This document shows, one piece after another, positions 30,693 through 42,334 of a stretch of DNA of 64,000 bases (within the stretch, counting starts at the first letter, position 1; each line of letters begins with the position of its first letter). The notes under the pieces were generated by a model, which saw only the letters and a list, made by a program, of their open reading frames with translations, did not search any database and was not told where the DNA came from. Source of the DNA: an uncultured Candidatus Rokubacteria bacterium (GTDB taxonomy: Bacteria; Methylomirabilota; Methylomirabilia; Rokubacteriales; CSP1-6). The position numbers and the translations under genes were made by a program. The DNA lies in NCBI GenBank assembly GCA_963789955.1, contig CAWBMV010000037.1, forward strand, positions 192,001-256,000. Direction: 5' to 3'.

Positions 30693-32387
30693 CTATCTTA
30701 TCTCATTCACCCAGAGGGTACGGCCGCCGCCGGCGCCGAGGAGCCGGGCGCCCGGGAGACCGGCGACCACGCTGTGCGCGGGGCTGCGCACGCTCACCAC
30801 CCAGACGCGCCGGCCGCTCGTCCAGGCCTCTCGCAGTCGATCGGCGTCCCAGAACAGCTCGCGTGATTCCGGTCGCTCGGCGCCGAAGCCGAGGACGCTC
30901 CGGCGGCCGTCGACGATGACCGGCCTGCGTCCCGAGTACCATTCGAGAGCGCCGGAATTCTCGATCGGCCCTTCGTGCGCCAGGACGTCCTCCGGCCCCG
31001 CGAGCTGCGCCACGCGCTCGGCCAGATCCCGCACCGCCCGGTTCTTCGCGACGACCCGGAGCGAGCGCGACACGCCGGGCATCGTCGCCACCATCGCCAC
31101 CGCGACCACGAGGACGCCGAAGGCGCGCCGGCTCTCGGAAGAACGGGCGAGCGCGAGCACCGCCGCGATCGCCAGCGCGCAGAGCACAAACGTGAGGGCG
31201 GCGGCCCAGAAGACCGGCCGGAACTCCTCCCACGGCGGCACCGGTAGCGGCAGGCCCGCGGCGGCGCTCTTCATCGTCGCCACGTCGGTCACGTCCATGA
31301 CGCTCGTGAGCACGCCGCCGTCACCCATCCAGGTAACCGCGCACCCCACGGCGGCCGCCGCGAAGAAAATCAGATGGACCCCGAGCATGGGCCGGCCGCC
31401 GTGGCGCTCCCAGCCGCGCGCGGCGAGCAGCGCGATCCCGAAAGACGCCGGCAGCCCGTAGTGCGGCAGCCGGAACGGCGACAGGGCGGTGATCCCGAGC
31501 ACGCCGAGGACCCAGATCGTCAGCGCGATCCAGCCGATCTCGTCAGGATCGCGCCAGGCCCGGTGGCGCGCGAGGGACCAGACCGCGACACCCGCGGCGA
31601 TCACCCACGGCAGCGCGCTGCCGATCGCGACCGCGAGAAACTCGAGCGCCGTCAGGGGAATGTCCTCGTCGGCGAAGCGGCGGGCGCGCGCGACGTTGAG
31701 CAGATGGTTGTCGATCGTGGTGTACCAGCCGAATCCCGGCGTGCGCAGCTCGGCGCCGATCCACCAGCCGAAGCCGATCACCAGACACGCGGCGATGCCC
31801 GTCCACGGAAGCCACGCCGACAGCGGCCGCGCCCGTCCGGCCAGCACGAGCGCCAGGCCGATCGCCAGCGGCGGCAAGAGCGCGCCGAGCGGATCCTTCG
31901 CCAGCGCGGCGAGGCCGAAGACCGCCAGGCCCGCCGCGCAGAGCCCGCGTCGCCCGTCGCGGATCCCGATCAGGCACAGCGCGAAGCCGCCGGCGAGCGA
32001 GGCGACGAACAACGTTTCGGGGCGCACGTAGCGGCCGTAGGCGAAGAAGCCGATGCTGGTGAGGAGCGCCACGCCGGCCACCACGCCGCCGCGAAGGCCG
32101 AGCAGCCGCGCGCCGAGCCATGCGGTGGCTCCGACCGCCGCGACCGCCGCCAGCGCGGACACGGCACGCGCCGCGCCCTCGGTCGGCCCCACCAGCGCGC
32201 AGACCGCCGCGATGAGGACGTAGAGGAGCGGCGGCTTGTCCACGTAGCGCACGCCGTTCAGGGTGAGCGCAAGCGGATCGCGGGAGACCGCCAGCTCCCG
32301 CGCGATCTCGGCGTGCATCCCCTCGCCCGGATCGTCGAACGGCGCAGCACCGAGTCGCGCGAAGAGGAGCGGCGCCGCCACGATCAT
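30693..32387 (-). CDS. ArnT/PMT-like GT-C membrane glycosyltransferase
   Basis: DPGEG..AEIARE, DKPPL, multiple TM helices, LPHY; true start may be ~32440. Confidence 0.82.
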   Translation of the reverse strand: MIVAAPLLFARLGAAPFDDPGEGMHAEIARELAVSRDPLALTLNGVRYVDKPPLLYVLIAAVCALVGPTEGAARAVSALAAVAAVGATAWLGARLLGLRGGVVAGVALLTSIGFFAYGRYVRPETLFVASLAGGFALCLIGIRDGRRGLCAAGLAVFGLAALAKDPLGALLPPLAIGLALVLAGRARPLSAWLPWTGIAACLVIGFGWWIGAELRTPGFGWYTTIDNHLLNVARARRFADEDIPLTALEFLAVAIGSALPWVIAAGVAVWSLARHRAWRDPDEIGWIALTIWVLGVLGITALSPFRLPHYGLPASFGIALLAARGWERHGGRPMLGVHLIFFAAAAVGCAVTWMGDGGVLTSVMDVTDVATMKSAAAGLPLPVPPWEEFRPVFWAAALTFVLCALAIAAVLALARSSESRRAFGVLVVAVAMVATMPGVSRSLRVVAKNRAVRDLAERVAQLAGPEDVLAHEGPIENSGALEWYSGRRPVIVDGRRSVLGFGAERPESRELFWDADRLREAWTSGRRVWVVSVRSPAHSVVAGLPGARLLGAGGGRTLWVNEIR

Positions 32388-32463
32388 CGCGAGCGCGGCG
32401 GCGAGTCCGGCCGACTTCAGGTCCGTGACACCCGAAGCATGCCGACGCGCGGCGCGACGTCCA

Positions 32464-32877
32464 TCACAATGCTTTGCCGATCGCCGCCAGCACGGCCTTC
32501 TCGATGGTCTGATCCGTTGTCATCAACGGTTCGTCCTTGTCGATCCACAGAATCCGCTCGCGCTTGAACAGGGCGCGCTCCACCGAGACCGCGGTCTGAT
32601 TCGTCCCGACCGCCTTGAATCGGATGGTCAGCCGGTGCCGCGTGCCCTGGGCGTAGACTCCGTAGTCTTCGCCGTCGACCGAGCGGGACTCTGTGTTGAT
32701 CCAGCCGCCGGCCTGGTCCGACTTCTCGATGTCCCAGCCCATCTGCTTCAGCACCGAGGTGGTCACCGTCCACATCTTCTCGGGCGGAGCTCCGAACGTC
32801 TGCGAGACCGGCTCGCCGGCGAGCGCCGGCATTGCCAGCCACGACAACAGCGCGATGACGCCGAGCATGCGTATCAT
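32464..32877 (-). CDS. Secreted hypothetical protein
   Basis: Signal peptide; GAGG RBS. Confidence 0.65.
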   Translation of the reverse strand: MIRMLGVIALLSWLAMPALAGEPVSQTFGAPPEKMWTVTTSVLKQMGWDIEKSDQAGGWINTESRSVDGEDYGVYAQGTRHRLTIRFKAVGTNQTAVSVERALFKRERILWIDKDEPLMTTDQTIEKAVLAAIGKAL

Positions 32878-32944
32878 GAACGCCTCCTCATCGAAGCCGC
32901 CGGCGCGCCCGCCGCCGAGCGAGCGCGCCACGGCCGACATGTTC

Positions 32945-33612
<668 letters not shown>

Positions 33613-33613
<1 letters not shown>

Positions 33614-34797
33614 CAGGCGCCCCGGCGGATCGCCTCGGCGGGCGACAGGGACACGACGCGCATCGTCGCGTAGATCGCCGCCGCCGCGCCCAGCAGGATC
33701 GAGAACACGAGGGCGCCGATGATGAGGCGCGGCGAGAAATAGAAGAGCTGCTGGGCCTGCGCGAGGAAGCGGTCGATGAACCAGCCGAGCCCGCGCGCCA
33801 GACCGAGGCCGGCCAGCCCTCCGACCATCGTGACCGCGAGCGATTCGGCCAGCACCTCGCGTCCGAGCTGCAGGTCGGTGGCGCCGAGCGCGCGCTTGAC
33901 GCCGAAATCGCGGATGCGCTCGAACACGGCGGCGGCCATCGTGTTGGCCAGCGACAATCCGCCGATGACGAAGGCGAGCGCGCCGATGCCCACCAGAAGC
34001 GCGGAGAAGAACGCCGTGGAGGAGCGCAAGAGCCGGGAGAGCTCGCTCGGGAGCTGCACGTTGACGCCGGGCACGCGCTCCTTGATCCGGACCGCGACCG
34101 CGTCGGGATCGTCGCCGTCGCGCCAGCCCACCGCCGCGCCGGTGTTCAGATCGGACGCGGTGAGCGCCATGCCGCCCGAGGCCAGCACGGTTCGCAGGAG
34201 CCGGTCCTTGGCGACCCACTGGGCGCGGGCGTCGGCGATCGAGACCATGACGAAGCGGTCCGGCGCGGTGAGCATCCGGTCCAGCACGCCGACCACCTCG
34301 TAGTCCTCGTCCTCCAGGGTGACGTGCGAGCCGACCGAGAGCGAGCGCGAGGCGGCGAACGACGCGCCGACGACCGCCACCTTGTGATCGCCTTGCTGGA
34401 GAAACCGCCCGCTGCGGACGGGCAAGGTGCGGTAGTGGCGATTGGGCATCGGCACCGAGAGATCCATCCCGAGCACGAGCTCCTGCGTGACCGTCATGAA
34501 CTGTGAGGTCGACGGGTCCAGCGGGAGCATGATCTGCGCCTGGACGCCCTGCACGCCCGGCACTTCCGAGATCGCCCGGATCGTGGCCGCCGGGAGGATC
34601 CCGCCGGCGGTGAACCCCGTGCCCATGCCCATGCCCCGCCCGGCCACCGAGATCTGACCGAGCACGAAGCGGTCGCCGCCCTCGATGAAGCGGACGATGC
34701 GCTCGCTCATCGCGCCGAGCGCGACGAGCCCGGCGACGCCGATCGCGATGCCGATGACCGTGAAGAGATAGCCGTGAAGCACCCGCAGCGATCTCAT
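33613..34797 (-). CDS. FtsX/MacB-type ABC permease
   Basis: TVIGIAIGVA, ERIRDFGVKRALGA, SPAEAIR. Confidence 0.88.
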
Positions 34798-34840
34798 CGC
34801 CGCACGACCGCCACGCTGAGGTCGGGCGATTCGGGCGCGC

Positions 34841-35902
34841 TCACGACTGCCGCCCGACCGGATTCACGACGGGCGCGAGGCTCGCTGGCTCCACGTCGAG
34901 TCGATCCTGGGAGCAGAACCACCGCACCAGCGGCGACACGAAGTCGGGCATTCGCCGCGGCGCGAAGGCCTGCAGCATCAAGAGCCCGAGCAGCACGGGC
35001 GCCGCGGCGGTCGCCTGCGCGGCCACCAGCGCGCGCCGCGGACGCGGATCGCGCCGCCACATCGCCACGCGGTTCAGCACGTGCTGGATCGCCGAGCTCC
35101 CGACGGACATCGCCCAGAGCGCGGGCGACCCCGTGTAGATCGACGCTTGCTCGAGCGTGGCCTGGTGGCGCACGCGCCGGCGCTCGCCGTAGAACGGCTT
35201 CACCAGCGCGGCGGCCAAGGTCCCGAGCTCGAGCGCCCAGCGGGCGAACACGCGACCGGACAGATACGTCCCGATCGCGACGCCGTCGCTGATCGGGCGG
35301 AAGCGGCTCCGCTCGCGCACGCGGGCGAGCGCGGCGACGGGAACCTCGTGCACGCCCCAGCCGCGCGCGACCCCGGCCACCAGCACCTCGGTCTCGAACA
35401 CGAAGCCGCCCCGGCGTACCCGGATGTCGTCGAAGAGCTCGATCGGATAGACGCGGAACCCGGACTGCGTGTCGTACAGCTTGAGCCCGCAGGCCCAGTT
35501 CATGAAGAAGCCCGCGACCCGGATCGCGTTGAGCCGGTCCGGCGGCAACGCGCCCGCATCGTCCAGCCGCCCGCCGATCACGATCGTCCGGCGCCGCCCG
35601 CGCGCCGCGTCGAGCACGAGCCCGAGATCGGACGGCCGGTGCTGCCCGTCGCCGTCGAGCGTCACCACCGCGGCCGCGCCGCGTTCGCGCGCCGCGGCGA
35701 TGCCCGTGCGCAGCGCCGCGCCCTTGCCGCGGCGCTGCGCGTGCCGGATCACCTCGGCCCCGGCGCGCCGGGCCACCTCGCCGCTGCCGTCGCGAGACCC
35801 GTCGTCGACCACCAGCACCGGACCATACTCGCGGGCGGCTTCCACGACGTGACCGACCGTCTCCGCCTCGTTGAAGACCGGAACGACGATCAGGACCGTC
35901 AT
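34841..35902 (-). CDS. GT2 glycosyltransferase with C-terminal extension
   Basis: VPVFNE, VDDGSRD, DGDGQH, DTQSGFR. Confidence 0.9.
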   Translation of the reverse strand: MTVLIVVPVFNEAETVGHVVEAAREYGPVLVVDDGSRDGSGEVARRAGAEVIRHAQRRGKGAALRTGIAAARERGAAAVVTLDGDGQHRPSDLGLVLDAARGRRRTIVIGGRLDDAGALPPDRLNAIRVAGFFMNWACGLKLYDTQSGFRVYPIELFDDIRVRRGGFVFETEVLVAGVARGWGVHEVPVAALARVRERSRFRPISDGVAIGTYLSGRVFARWALELGTLAAALVKPFYGERRRVRHQATLEQASIYTGSPALWAMSVGSSAIQHVLNRVAMWRRDPRPRRALVAAQATAAAPVLLGLLMLQAFAPRRMPDFVSPLVRWFCSQDRLDVEPASLAPVVNPVGRQS

Positions 35903-36864
35903 GCGGCGCGAGCCCGCGGGCCCGCGACGACGATCGCGATCTGATTGCCGCCGCGAGCCACCGCGTGGACCAGCGCGAGGCGATCACCGACCTCGGTCGC
36001 CGCGGTCGCGACCGAGCGAGCCGCCACGCCGCCGTGACGTCCGGCCGGCAGGCTCAGCGAGCGCTGCGGCGGCCGGTGCGGAGCCAGCGCGCGATGGAGC
36101 AGCGCGCGCTCCCATTCCTCGCGCGGACCGTCGCCGTTCGCCGAGGTGTAGACGATGCCGATCTCGGCCGGCTCGGCGCCGGCGCCGGCGAGCGCGGCGG
36201 CGATCGCCGGCGAGCGCGTGGCGCGGCCGATACCATGCGGCCGCACCGCGAGCGCGCGCCACGCCTCGCCGATGATCTCGCCGAGAATCCGCGCCCCGCG
36301 AGCGCGCGCGCCCTCGAGCGACTCGAGCACGACGAAGCCGGCGCCCTCGCCCCGTACGTCGCTGCCGGCGCCCGCTTCGCGGAACGTGTCCACCACGAAC
36401 CGCGGGGGCTCGTCGGCGCCGCCCGCCAGGCACGCGTCGATGCGACCCGCGCGTACCGCGGCGGCGCCCCGAGCGATCGCGAGCTCGCCGGCCACCGTCG
36501 GGATGTTGAGCGTCAGCGAGAGATCCTTGGCCGAGACCGCGATCGCCGTCGTGGCCGCCATCGTGTTCATGACCGTGTGCGGGAACAGGAGCGCCGAGAG
36601 GCCGGGGATCCCGCGCTGGAGGTAGTCGTCGACGAATTTGATCGTCGACACCATATCGCCGAACTCGGTGCCGACCAGCAGCGCGAGGGAGGTGCCGCCG
36701 GCGAGCCCCGCATCGGCGAGCGCCAGGCGGCCCGCCGCCACCGTCATCTGGCAGACGCGCGAGAGGCGTCGCGCCTCCGTCGCGTCGAGCAGCTGGCTCA
36801 GGACGCCGGTCGCGTGGCCGTCGACGACACCCGAGCCGGTGATGACAACGCGCCGTCCGCTCAC
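35899..36864 (-). CDS. KS-like protein lacking the catalytic Cys (chain-length-factor-like)
   Basis: FPHTVMN and GEGAGFVVLE present; IPTVAGE where TACS is expected. Confidence 0.75.
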   Translation of the reverse strand: MSGRRVVITGSGVVDGHATGVLSQLLDATEARRLSRVCQMTVAAGRLALADAGLAGGTSLALLVGTEFGDMVSTIKFVDDYLQRGIPGLSALLFPHTVMNTMAATTAIAVSAKDLSLTLNIPTVAGELAIARGAAAVRAGRIDACLAGGADEPPRFVVDTFREAGAGSDVRGEGAGFVVLESLEGARARGARILGEIIGEAWRALAVRPHGIGRATRSPAIAAALAGAGAEPAEIGIVYTSANGDGPREEWERALLHRALAPHRPPQRSLSLPAGRHGGVAARSVATAATEVGDRLALVHAVARGGNQIAIVVAGPRARAA

Positions 36865-38039
36865 GCGCCGCGCCTGAACACGAGCGTGACGTTCTGGCCG
36901 CCGAAGCCGAACGAGTTCGAGATGGCATGCTCGACGGCGGCGTCGCGCGCGACCTGCGGCACGCAATCGAACGGGATCTCCGCGTCGGTGTTCTCGAGCC
37001 CCGCCGTCGGCGGGATGACGTCGTGGCCGAGCGCCAGAACCGTGGCGATCGCCTCGAGCGTTCCGGCCGCCGCCATCGTGTGGCCGATCATCGACTTCGT
37101 CGAGCTGACGAGGAGCCCGCCCTCGCCGAAGACCTCGCGCAGCGCGCGCGCCTCGATCCGGTCGTTCTGCGGAGTCGCGGTGCCGTGCGCGTTCGCGTAG
37201 CCGACGGACGCGGGCGCGATGCCCGCCTGCGCGAGCGCGGCGCGCATCGCGCGCACCATGCCTTCGCCGTCCGGATGCGGCGACGTGACGTGAAAGGCGT
37301 CGGTGCTCATGCCGTAGCCGGTCAGCTCCGCGTAGATTCGCGCGTCGCGAGCGCGCGCGCGCGCCGGGTCCTCCAGCACGACGAAGGCCGCGCCTTCACC
37401 GATCGACATGCCGCGGCGGTCGCGATCGAAGGGACGGCACGGCGAGGGATCGAGGAGCTTCAGCGTATTGAAGCCCATGAAGCAGATACGCGTCAGCGCG
37501 TCGACCCCGCCCGCCAGCGCGACCGAAACGACGCCGTCGCCCACCAGGTCGGCCGCCATCGCCAGCGACGCGGCGCCCGAGCTGCAGGCCGTCACGACGG
37601 TCTCGCGAGGTCCGCCGAGCCCGAGCACGCTGCCGACCACGTCCGCGTGGGCGGACGGAAAGCACGAGGCCAGCGCGCGCGGCATCGGCACCGCGACACC
37701 GCGAGACCGCTGCCAGTACCACGCCTCGGCCTCGAGCATGCCGCCGCCGACCGCGCCGATGATCAGCGCGGTGTCCGCGCGCTCGGCGCGGCCGATGCCC
37801 GCGTCGTCGAGCGCCTCGCGCGCGGCCGCGAGCGCGAATCGATCGGCCCGGGAGCGCCGGGTCGAGCCCCCGAGCGTGTCCGGCACCTCGGCGGCGATCT
37901 GGCAGCGAAAGCCGTCGGTGTCGATCAAGGTGATCGGGCGGATCGCGCAGGCGCCGCTGCTGATGCCTTCCCAGTACGCCTTGACGCCGGCGCCGAACGG
38001 GCTGACGACGCCGAGCCCCGTGACGGCGACAGGCTTCAC
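36861..38039 (-). CDS. FabF-like beta-ketoacyl-ACP synthase
   Basis: TACSSG, AHGTAT, KSMIGH, NSFGFGG (C-H-H triad intact). Confidence 0.92.
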   Translation of the reverse strand: MKPVAVTGLGVVSPFGAGVKAYWEGISSGACAIRPITLIDTDGFRCQIAAEVPDTLGGSTRRSRADRFALAAAREALDDAGIGRAERADTALIIGAVGGGMLEAEAWYWQRSRGVAVPMPRALASCFPSAHADVVGSVLGLGGPRETVVTACSSGAASLAMAADLVGDGVVSVALAGGVDALTRICFMGFNTLKLLDPSPCRPFDRDRRGMSIGEGAAFVVLEDPARARARDARIYAELTGYGMSTDAFHVTSPHPDGEGMVRAMRAALAQAGIAPASVGYANAHGTATPQNDRIEARALREVFGEGGLLVSSTKSMIGHTMAAAGTLEAIATVLALGHDVIPPTAGLENTDAEIPFDCVPQVARDAAVEHAISNSFGFGGQNVTLVFRRGA

Positions 38040-38311
38040 GCGCCGGCGGTCCTCGACGCGATGAACCGGGACAGGGTCTCGAACGAGGTGAAGTGAGGGG
38101 CGAGGTCCGCCGACTCGTCCATCGCGATGCCGAATCGCTCCTCGATCGCGATCGACAGCTCGATGAAGTCGAGCGAGTCCAGACCGATCGAGCTCTCGAT
38201 GCCTTTGGGCAGGGTCGTCTCGAGGGTCAAGTCGACGGCGCGGCGCGGATCGAACTTGAGCCGCGTCACGAGGATCGTCTTGAGCTCGTCGAACACTTCT
38301 TTGGGTTCCAT
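38036..38311 (-). CDS. Acyl carrier protein
   Basis: GLDSLDFIEL phosphopantetheinylation motif, 91 aa. Confidence 0.9.
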   Translation of the reverse strand: MEPKEVFDELKTILVTRLKFDPRRAVDLTLETTLPKGIESSIGLDSLDFIELSIAIEERFGIAMDESADLAPHFTSFETLSRFIASRTAGA

Positions 38312-38318
38312 AGCCCTC

Positions 38319-39212
38319 CTAGTGCCAGTAGAGTCCGACGCGGCGGCCGCGCCATTCGCCCGTGACGCCGATCGATCCGCTCGCCGCGTCCTCGCGCCCG
38401 AGCGCCAGCGCGATGAGCGGCGCGCAGGCCAGTGTCTCGCCGGCGCGGGCACGCGCGCGCGTCTCGAGCGGCGAGGCCGCCCGCGGCGCATCGTATCGCG
38501 TGCGCAAGGTGCCGGGCACCAGCAAGGCGCACGCGGCCGCCTCGACCAGCGGGCGCCCGACGAGCCAGCGGGCGCGCGCGTAGAGCTCGGCGCAGTCCTC
38601 GAAGGTCTCGACCGCGAGCACGAGCGCGCGCTCGCAGCGACCGGCTTGCAGCAGCAGGGTCGCCTGCCAGAGCGCGTCGATCGTGGCCGCTGCGCCGCCA
38701 ATGAGGATGCCATAGGGGCCGGTCAGTCCGAACTCGATCGCCACCTCGCCGGACATGACGCTCGGCGCCGTGTACGGAAAGTGCAGCGTTCCGGCCACGG
38801 CTCCGCGCCGCTTGTCGCCCGCACGGTTGTCGGACTCGGCCGCGCGAGCGGTGTCCGCCGCGACCCACGCGTGATTCGAGGCGCCGTAGGCGCCGCCGGT
38901 CACGTAGATCAGCGCGGTCGAGCTTCCCTTCACCGCGTCGCGCGACACGTGATTCTCTCGCAGGAGCGCGTCGACTGCCGCGACGCCGAGCAGGCACTCC
39001 CGCGTGGCCCGCCGGAACCGCTCGCCCTCGAGCGCCGGCCGGCCGAGCGGAATGATCGCGCGGCCGGCCGCCGCGCCCGCCGCGTCGGGCGGGAGCGCCC
39101 CGATGCCCTCACCCCATCCGGTCAGCACCGCTACGGCTTCGACGGCTGTCCCGGTCACGCGCTTCTCGCGACGCGCCGTTTCTGCCGACCGCGGCCCCGC
39201 CGAGACGCTCAT
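38319..39212 (-). CDS. KS N-terminal-like protein lacking the catalytic Cys (chain-length-factor-like)
   Basis: HFPYTAPS...FGLTGP; no active-site Cys or His motifs. Confidence 0.72.
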   Translation of the reverse strand: MSVSAGPRSAETARREKRVTGTAVEAVAVLTGWGEGIGALPPDAAGAAAGRAIIPLGRPALEGERFRRATRECLLGVAAVDALLRENHVSRDAVKGSSTALIYVTGGAYGASNHAWVAADTARAAESDNRAGDKRRGAVAGTLHFPYTAPSVMSGEVAIEFGLTGPYGILIGGAAATIDALWQATLLLQAGRCERALVLAVETFEDCAELYARARWLVGRPLVEAAACALLVPGTLRTRYDAPRAASPLETRARARAGETLACAPLIALALGREDAASGSIGVTGEWRGRRVGLYWH

Positions 39213-40402
39213 CGATCGACCGCCTCGAGCACGAGCGCCGCGTTGCAGCCGCCGAATCCCAGCGACGTGCTGAGGCTGATTCGCGGCCGGGCGGCGCGGG
39301 GTGACCCGATCACGTGGTCGAGCTCGCAGGCCGGATCGGGCTCCTCCAGCCCCAGGGTCTGCGGCACCACTCCCTCGCGCCCGGCCATGAGGCACATGAC
39401 GGCTTCGAGGGCCGCCGCGGCGCCCATCGTGTGGCCGATCGAGGCCTTGATCGAGTTCACCGGAGTCTCGGGCGCCCGGCGGCCGAGCACGCGTCGCAAG
39501 ACGTCGGCCTCGATGCGGTCGTTGACCAGGGTGCCGGTGCCGTGGGCGCTCACGAACTCGACGTCGGCCGGCGTCAAGCCGGCCTCGTCGAGCGCCGAGC
39601 GGATCGCCAGCTCGAGGCCGCGGCCGTTCGCGTCGGGCGCGGCCACGTGCGAGCCGTCGCTGGCGCTGGCGTGCCCGAGGAGCCGTCCGAGCCGCGGCCC
39701 GGTCGTCGCGCCTTCGCGGGTCATCAGCACGAGCCCGGCCGCCTCCCCCAGGAGCAGCCCGCTGCGCCGCTTGTCAAAGGGCCGCACGCGCTCCCGCGTG
39801 AGCGAGCGCAGGGCGTCGAAGCCGCGCATCACGAATCGGCACAGGGCATCGTAGCCCCCGGCGACCACTACGTCGACCACGTCGGCGCGCAGGAGATCGG
39901 CGCCGGTGCCGAGCGCGGTCGCGCCGGCCGCGCACGCCGCCGCGACCGTCATCACCGGTCCTCGCGCGCCGAGCCGCCGGGCGAGCGCGTGCGCCGGGCT
40001 GTCGTAGAGCGCGTCCACCGCGTGCCGCGCGCGGCCGCCGGGTGCCATGGCGCGCTCGAGCTGCTCGACGCCGCCGAGCGCCGTGCCGAGCACGACCGCG
40101 ATCCGTTCCGGCTCGGCGGAAATGGCCGAGCGCGCCAGGAGATCCTCGGCCGCCGCGAGCAAGAGCTGCGTGGCGCGACACCGCACGCGGCGCGCGCCGG
40201 GCAGCGGGCGAAGCTTCTTGATCTCGCCGCCGCGCCCGACGCGCAGATCGTCGACCGGGAAGCGCTCGATCATCGAGATCGCGTCGCCGCCCGTCACCAG
40301 CCCCGACCAGAAGGCGTCCACGTCGCCGCCGAACGGGGTCACGGCTCCGGCGGCGACCAGGCTGACGGGCTCAGCGCGCAGGCGCGTCACTCCAGGCATC
40401 AC
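39209..40402 (-). CDS. FabF-like beta-ketoacyl-ACP synthase
   Basis: AACAAG, AHGTGT, KASIGH, SLGFGG. Confidence 0.92.
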   Translation of the reverse strand: MMPGVTRLRAEPVSLVAAGAVTPFGGDVDAFWSGLVTGGDAISMIERFPVDDLRVGRGGEIKKLRPLPGARRVRCRATQLLLAAAEDLLARSAISAEPERIAVVLGTALGGVEQLERAMAPGGRARHAVDALYDSPAHALARRLGARGPVMTVAAACAAGATALGTGADLLRADVVDVVVAGGYDALCRFVMRGFDALRSLTRERVRPFDKRRSGLLLGEAAGLVLMTREGATTGPRLGRLLGHASASDGSHVAAPDANGRGLELAIRSALDEAGLTPADVEFVSAHGTGTLVNDRIEADVLRRVLGRRAPETPVNSIKASIGHTMGAAAALEAVMCLMAGREGVVPQTLGLEEPDPACELDHVIGSPRAARPRISLSTSLGFGGCNAALVLEAVDR

Positions 40403-40417
40403 GGCTCATGAGCCGGC

Positions 40418-41215
40418 TCATAGTAGCAGTGAGTAGTACATCCGGAACGCCCGGATCGGACCGGGCTCGGTGTCGTAGAGGTTCGTCGCCCAGAACCGCC
40501 GAGCGCTCGCTTCCCAGGTCATGATACCCGGACCGTCCGGGTTGTTCGGATCCCACACGATGAACTCGACGCCGCCGTCGAACGGGCGCGATTCGTAGAC
40601 GATGACGGTGTGGTTCAGCTCCGGCTTCGGCCAATTGGTCACGAGGAGCTGAACCAAACGCCCCGCGCGCAGCTCGTCGAGGATCTGGTGCGCGACGCCC
40701 TCCTGATGCGAGCCGTCGACGGGCAGCATCACGCGCCAGTTCGTCCAGTGGACCCAGGTCCAGAATGCGCCGCCGAGCCCCTCCTTGACGGCGCTCTCCT
40801 CGTCGCGGGAGAACTCCCGGAGATTCGCGTAGCCGGGGACCACGATCCGGTCGTCGAGGGGCAACGCGGCGTCCCGGGCCGGCACCGCCACGATTTGCTT
40901 GACCCGCTCGACGTAGCCGGCGTGATCGAGCTTGGGCAAGCTCGGATCGAACCGGGCGAACTGCGTGAACTGGCGCACGCCGCGCGCCAGCACGAAGCAG
41001 TAGTGAGCGTAGATGCCGGGCTCGTTGGGGTGCCGCGCACCGATGAGGTTCGGGAACGCGAACGTGTCGTTCTCGAACGAGAATGCCGGAGTCCGGACCG
41101 TCTCCTCGAGGCCGAGCGACGATCCGCCGTTCGAATGCGGCGCGCTCGCGCACGCTGCCGTCACGACCACCAGGCTCACAAGGGCTACGAGGCGCGAGAT
41201 ACCAATGAAATTCAA
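40418..41215 (-). CDS. Hypothetical lipoprotein
   Basis: Lipobox TAAC; Cys (YCF), His (NHTV) and WDPN motifs suggest a papain-like triad. Confidence 0.65.
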   Translation of the reverse strand: MNFIGISRLVALVSLVVVTAACASAPHSNGGSSLGLEETVRTPAFSFENDTFAFPNLIGARHPNEPGIYAHYCFVLARGVRQFTQFARFDPSLPKLDHAGYVERVKQIVAVPARDAALPLDDRIVVPGYANLREFSRDEESAVKEGLGGAFWTWVHWTNWRVMLPVDGSHQEGVAHQILDELRAGRLVQLLVTNWPKPELNHTVIVYESRPFDGGVEFIVWDPNNPDGPGIMTWEASARRFWATNLYDTEPGPIRAFRMYYSLLL

Positions 41216-41284
41216 TGTCTTACCCTAAATGGCAGCGTCGCCATTCGTCAAGAGCGCGTGTTATCCTTCGACCCGGTCGCCCGC

Positions 41285-42272
41285 ATGAGCCGAACGATCG
41301 CGGCCCTCTACCGGTTCCTCTACGCCGCCGTCCTCTCGCACCTTCCCGAGCCGGCCGCCGTTGCGCTGGGGCAGAGTCTTCTGCGCGCTTTCCCCCTCGA
41401 CCGGCTGGGTGTGTTCCGGGCTTGACGATCCGAGGCTCGCGATCACCCTCGGCGGGATACGGCTGGCCAATCCGGTCATCCTGGCGGCGATGTACTACGA
41501 TCCGGCGATTCTCGGCCGGGCCATGGGGCTGGGCTTCGGGGCGGTCACCGCCAAGTCGATCACGATCCAGGCGCGGCCGGGCCACCCGCAGCCCAACCTC
41601 GTCCGGACGAGCACCGACGCCGGGCCGGGTCTGGTGAACTGCAACGGATTTCAGAATCCCGGCCTCGAGCGATTTCGCGCCTCGCTGGCGCCGCTCGCCC
41701 ACCGGGTGCCGCTGATCGTGAGCGTCGCCGGCGAGACGATCGGCGACTACGTGAAGCTCGTCCAGGAGCTCGGTCCCCTCGGCGAGCTCGTCGAGTTCAA
41801 CATCTCCTCGCCCAACACACGTCTCGTGTACGAGTGGAGCCGCAAGCCGGACGAGCTCGCGACCCTGCTGCGCGAAGTGCGGCGTGCGACGGAGAAGCCG
41901 CTCATCGTCAAGCTCTCCCCGGATTTCGCCGAGACGAACGAGCGCGAGATCATCCCGGCGGCGCTGGACGCGGGGGTGCGGATCGTCAACTACGGCAACA
42001 CCCGCAAGGTGGTGAACAGCCGGCTCTCGCAGGGCGAAGGCGGGCTCTCCGGCCCCGACATCTTCCCGACGACCCTGGAAAATCTCCGGCGAACGCGCCG
42101 CGTCTTCGGCAAGGACTTCGACATCATCGCGACGGGCGGCGTCGATTCACCCGACAAGGCGGCGCAGCTGCTCGACGAGGGCGCGACGGCAGTCGGCTAT
42201 TTCACCGGATTCGTCACGCGCGGGCCGATTCTCGCGCGACTGATCCTCGAGCGACTCGTCGCGAGCCGCTGA
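41285..42272 (+). CDS. pyrD: Dihydroorotate dehydrogenase (frameshift near 41420)
   Basis: GHPQP, NCNGFQNPG, NISSPNT, KLSPD, GGLSG. Confidence 0.82.
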
Positions 42273-42296
42273 GCACGGTGCTCCGCGGCACTAAAA

Positions 42297-42334
42297 ATGC
42301 TCACAGCTTATCCACTTGTCCACCACTATCCACA
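42297..42334 (+). promoter_or_regulatory. Cluster of DnaA-box-like 9-mers
   Basis: TTATCCACT (42308), TTGTCCACC (42316), CTATCCACA (42326) and weak ATGCTCACA (42297), co-oriented. Confidence 0.5.
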
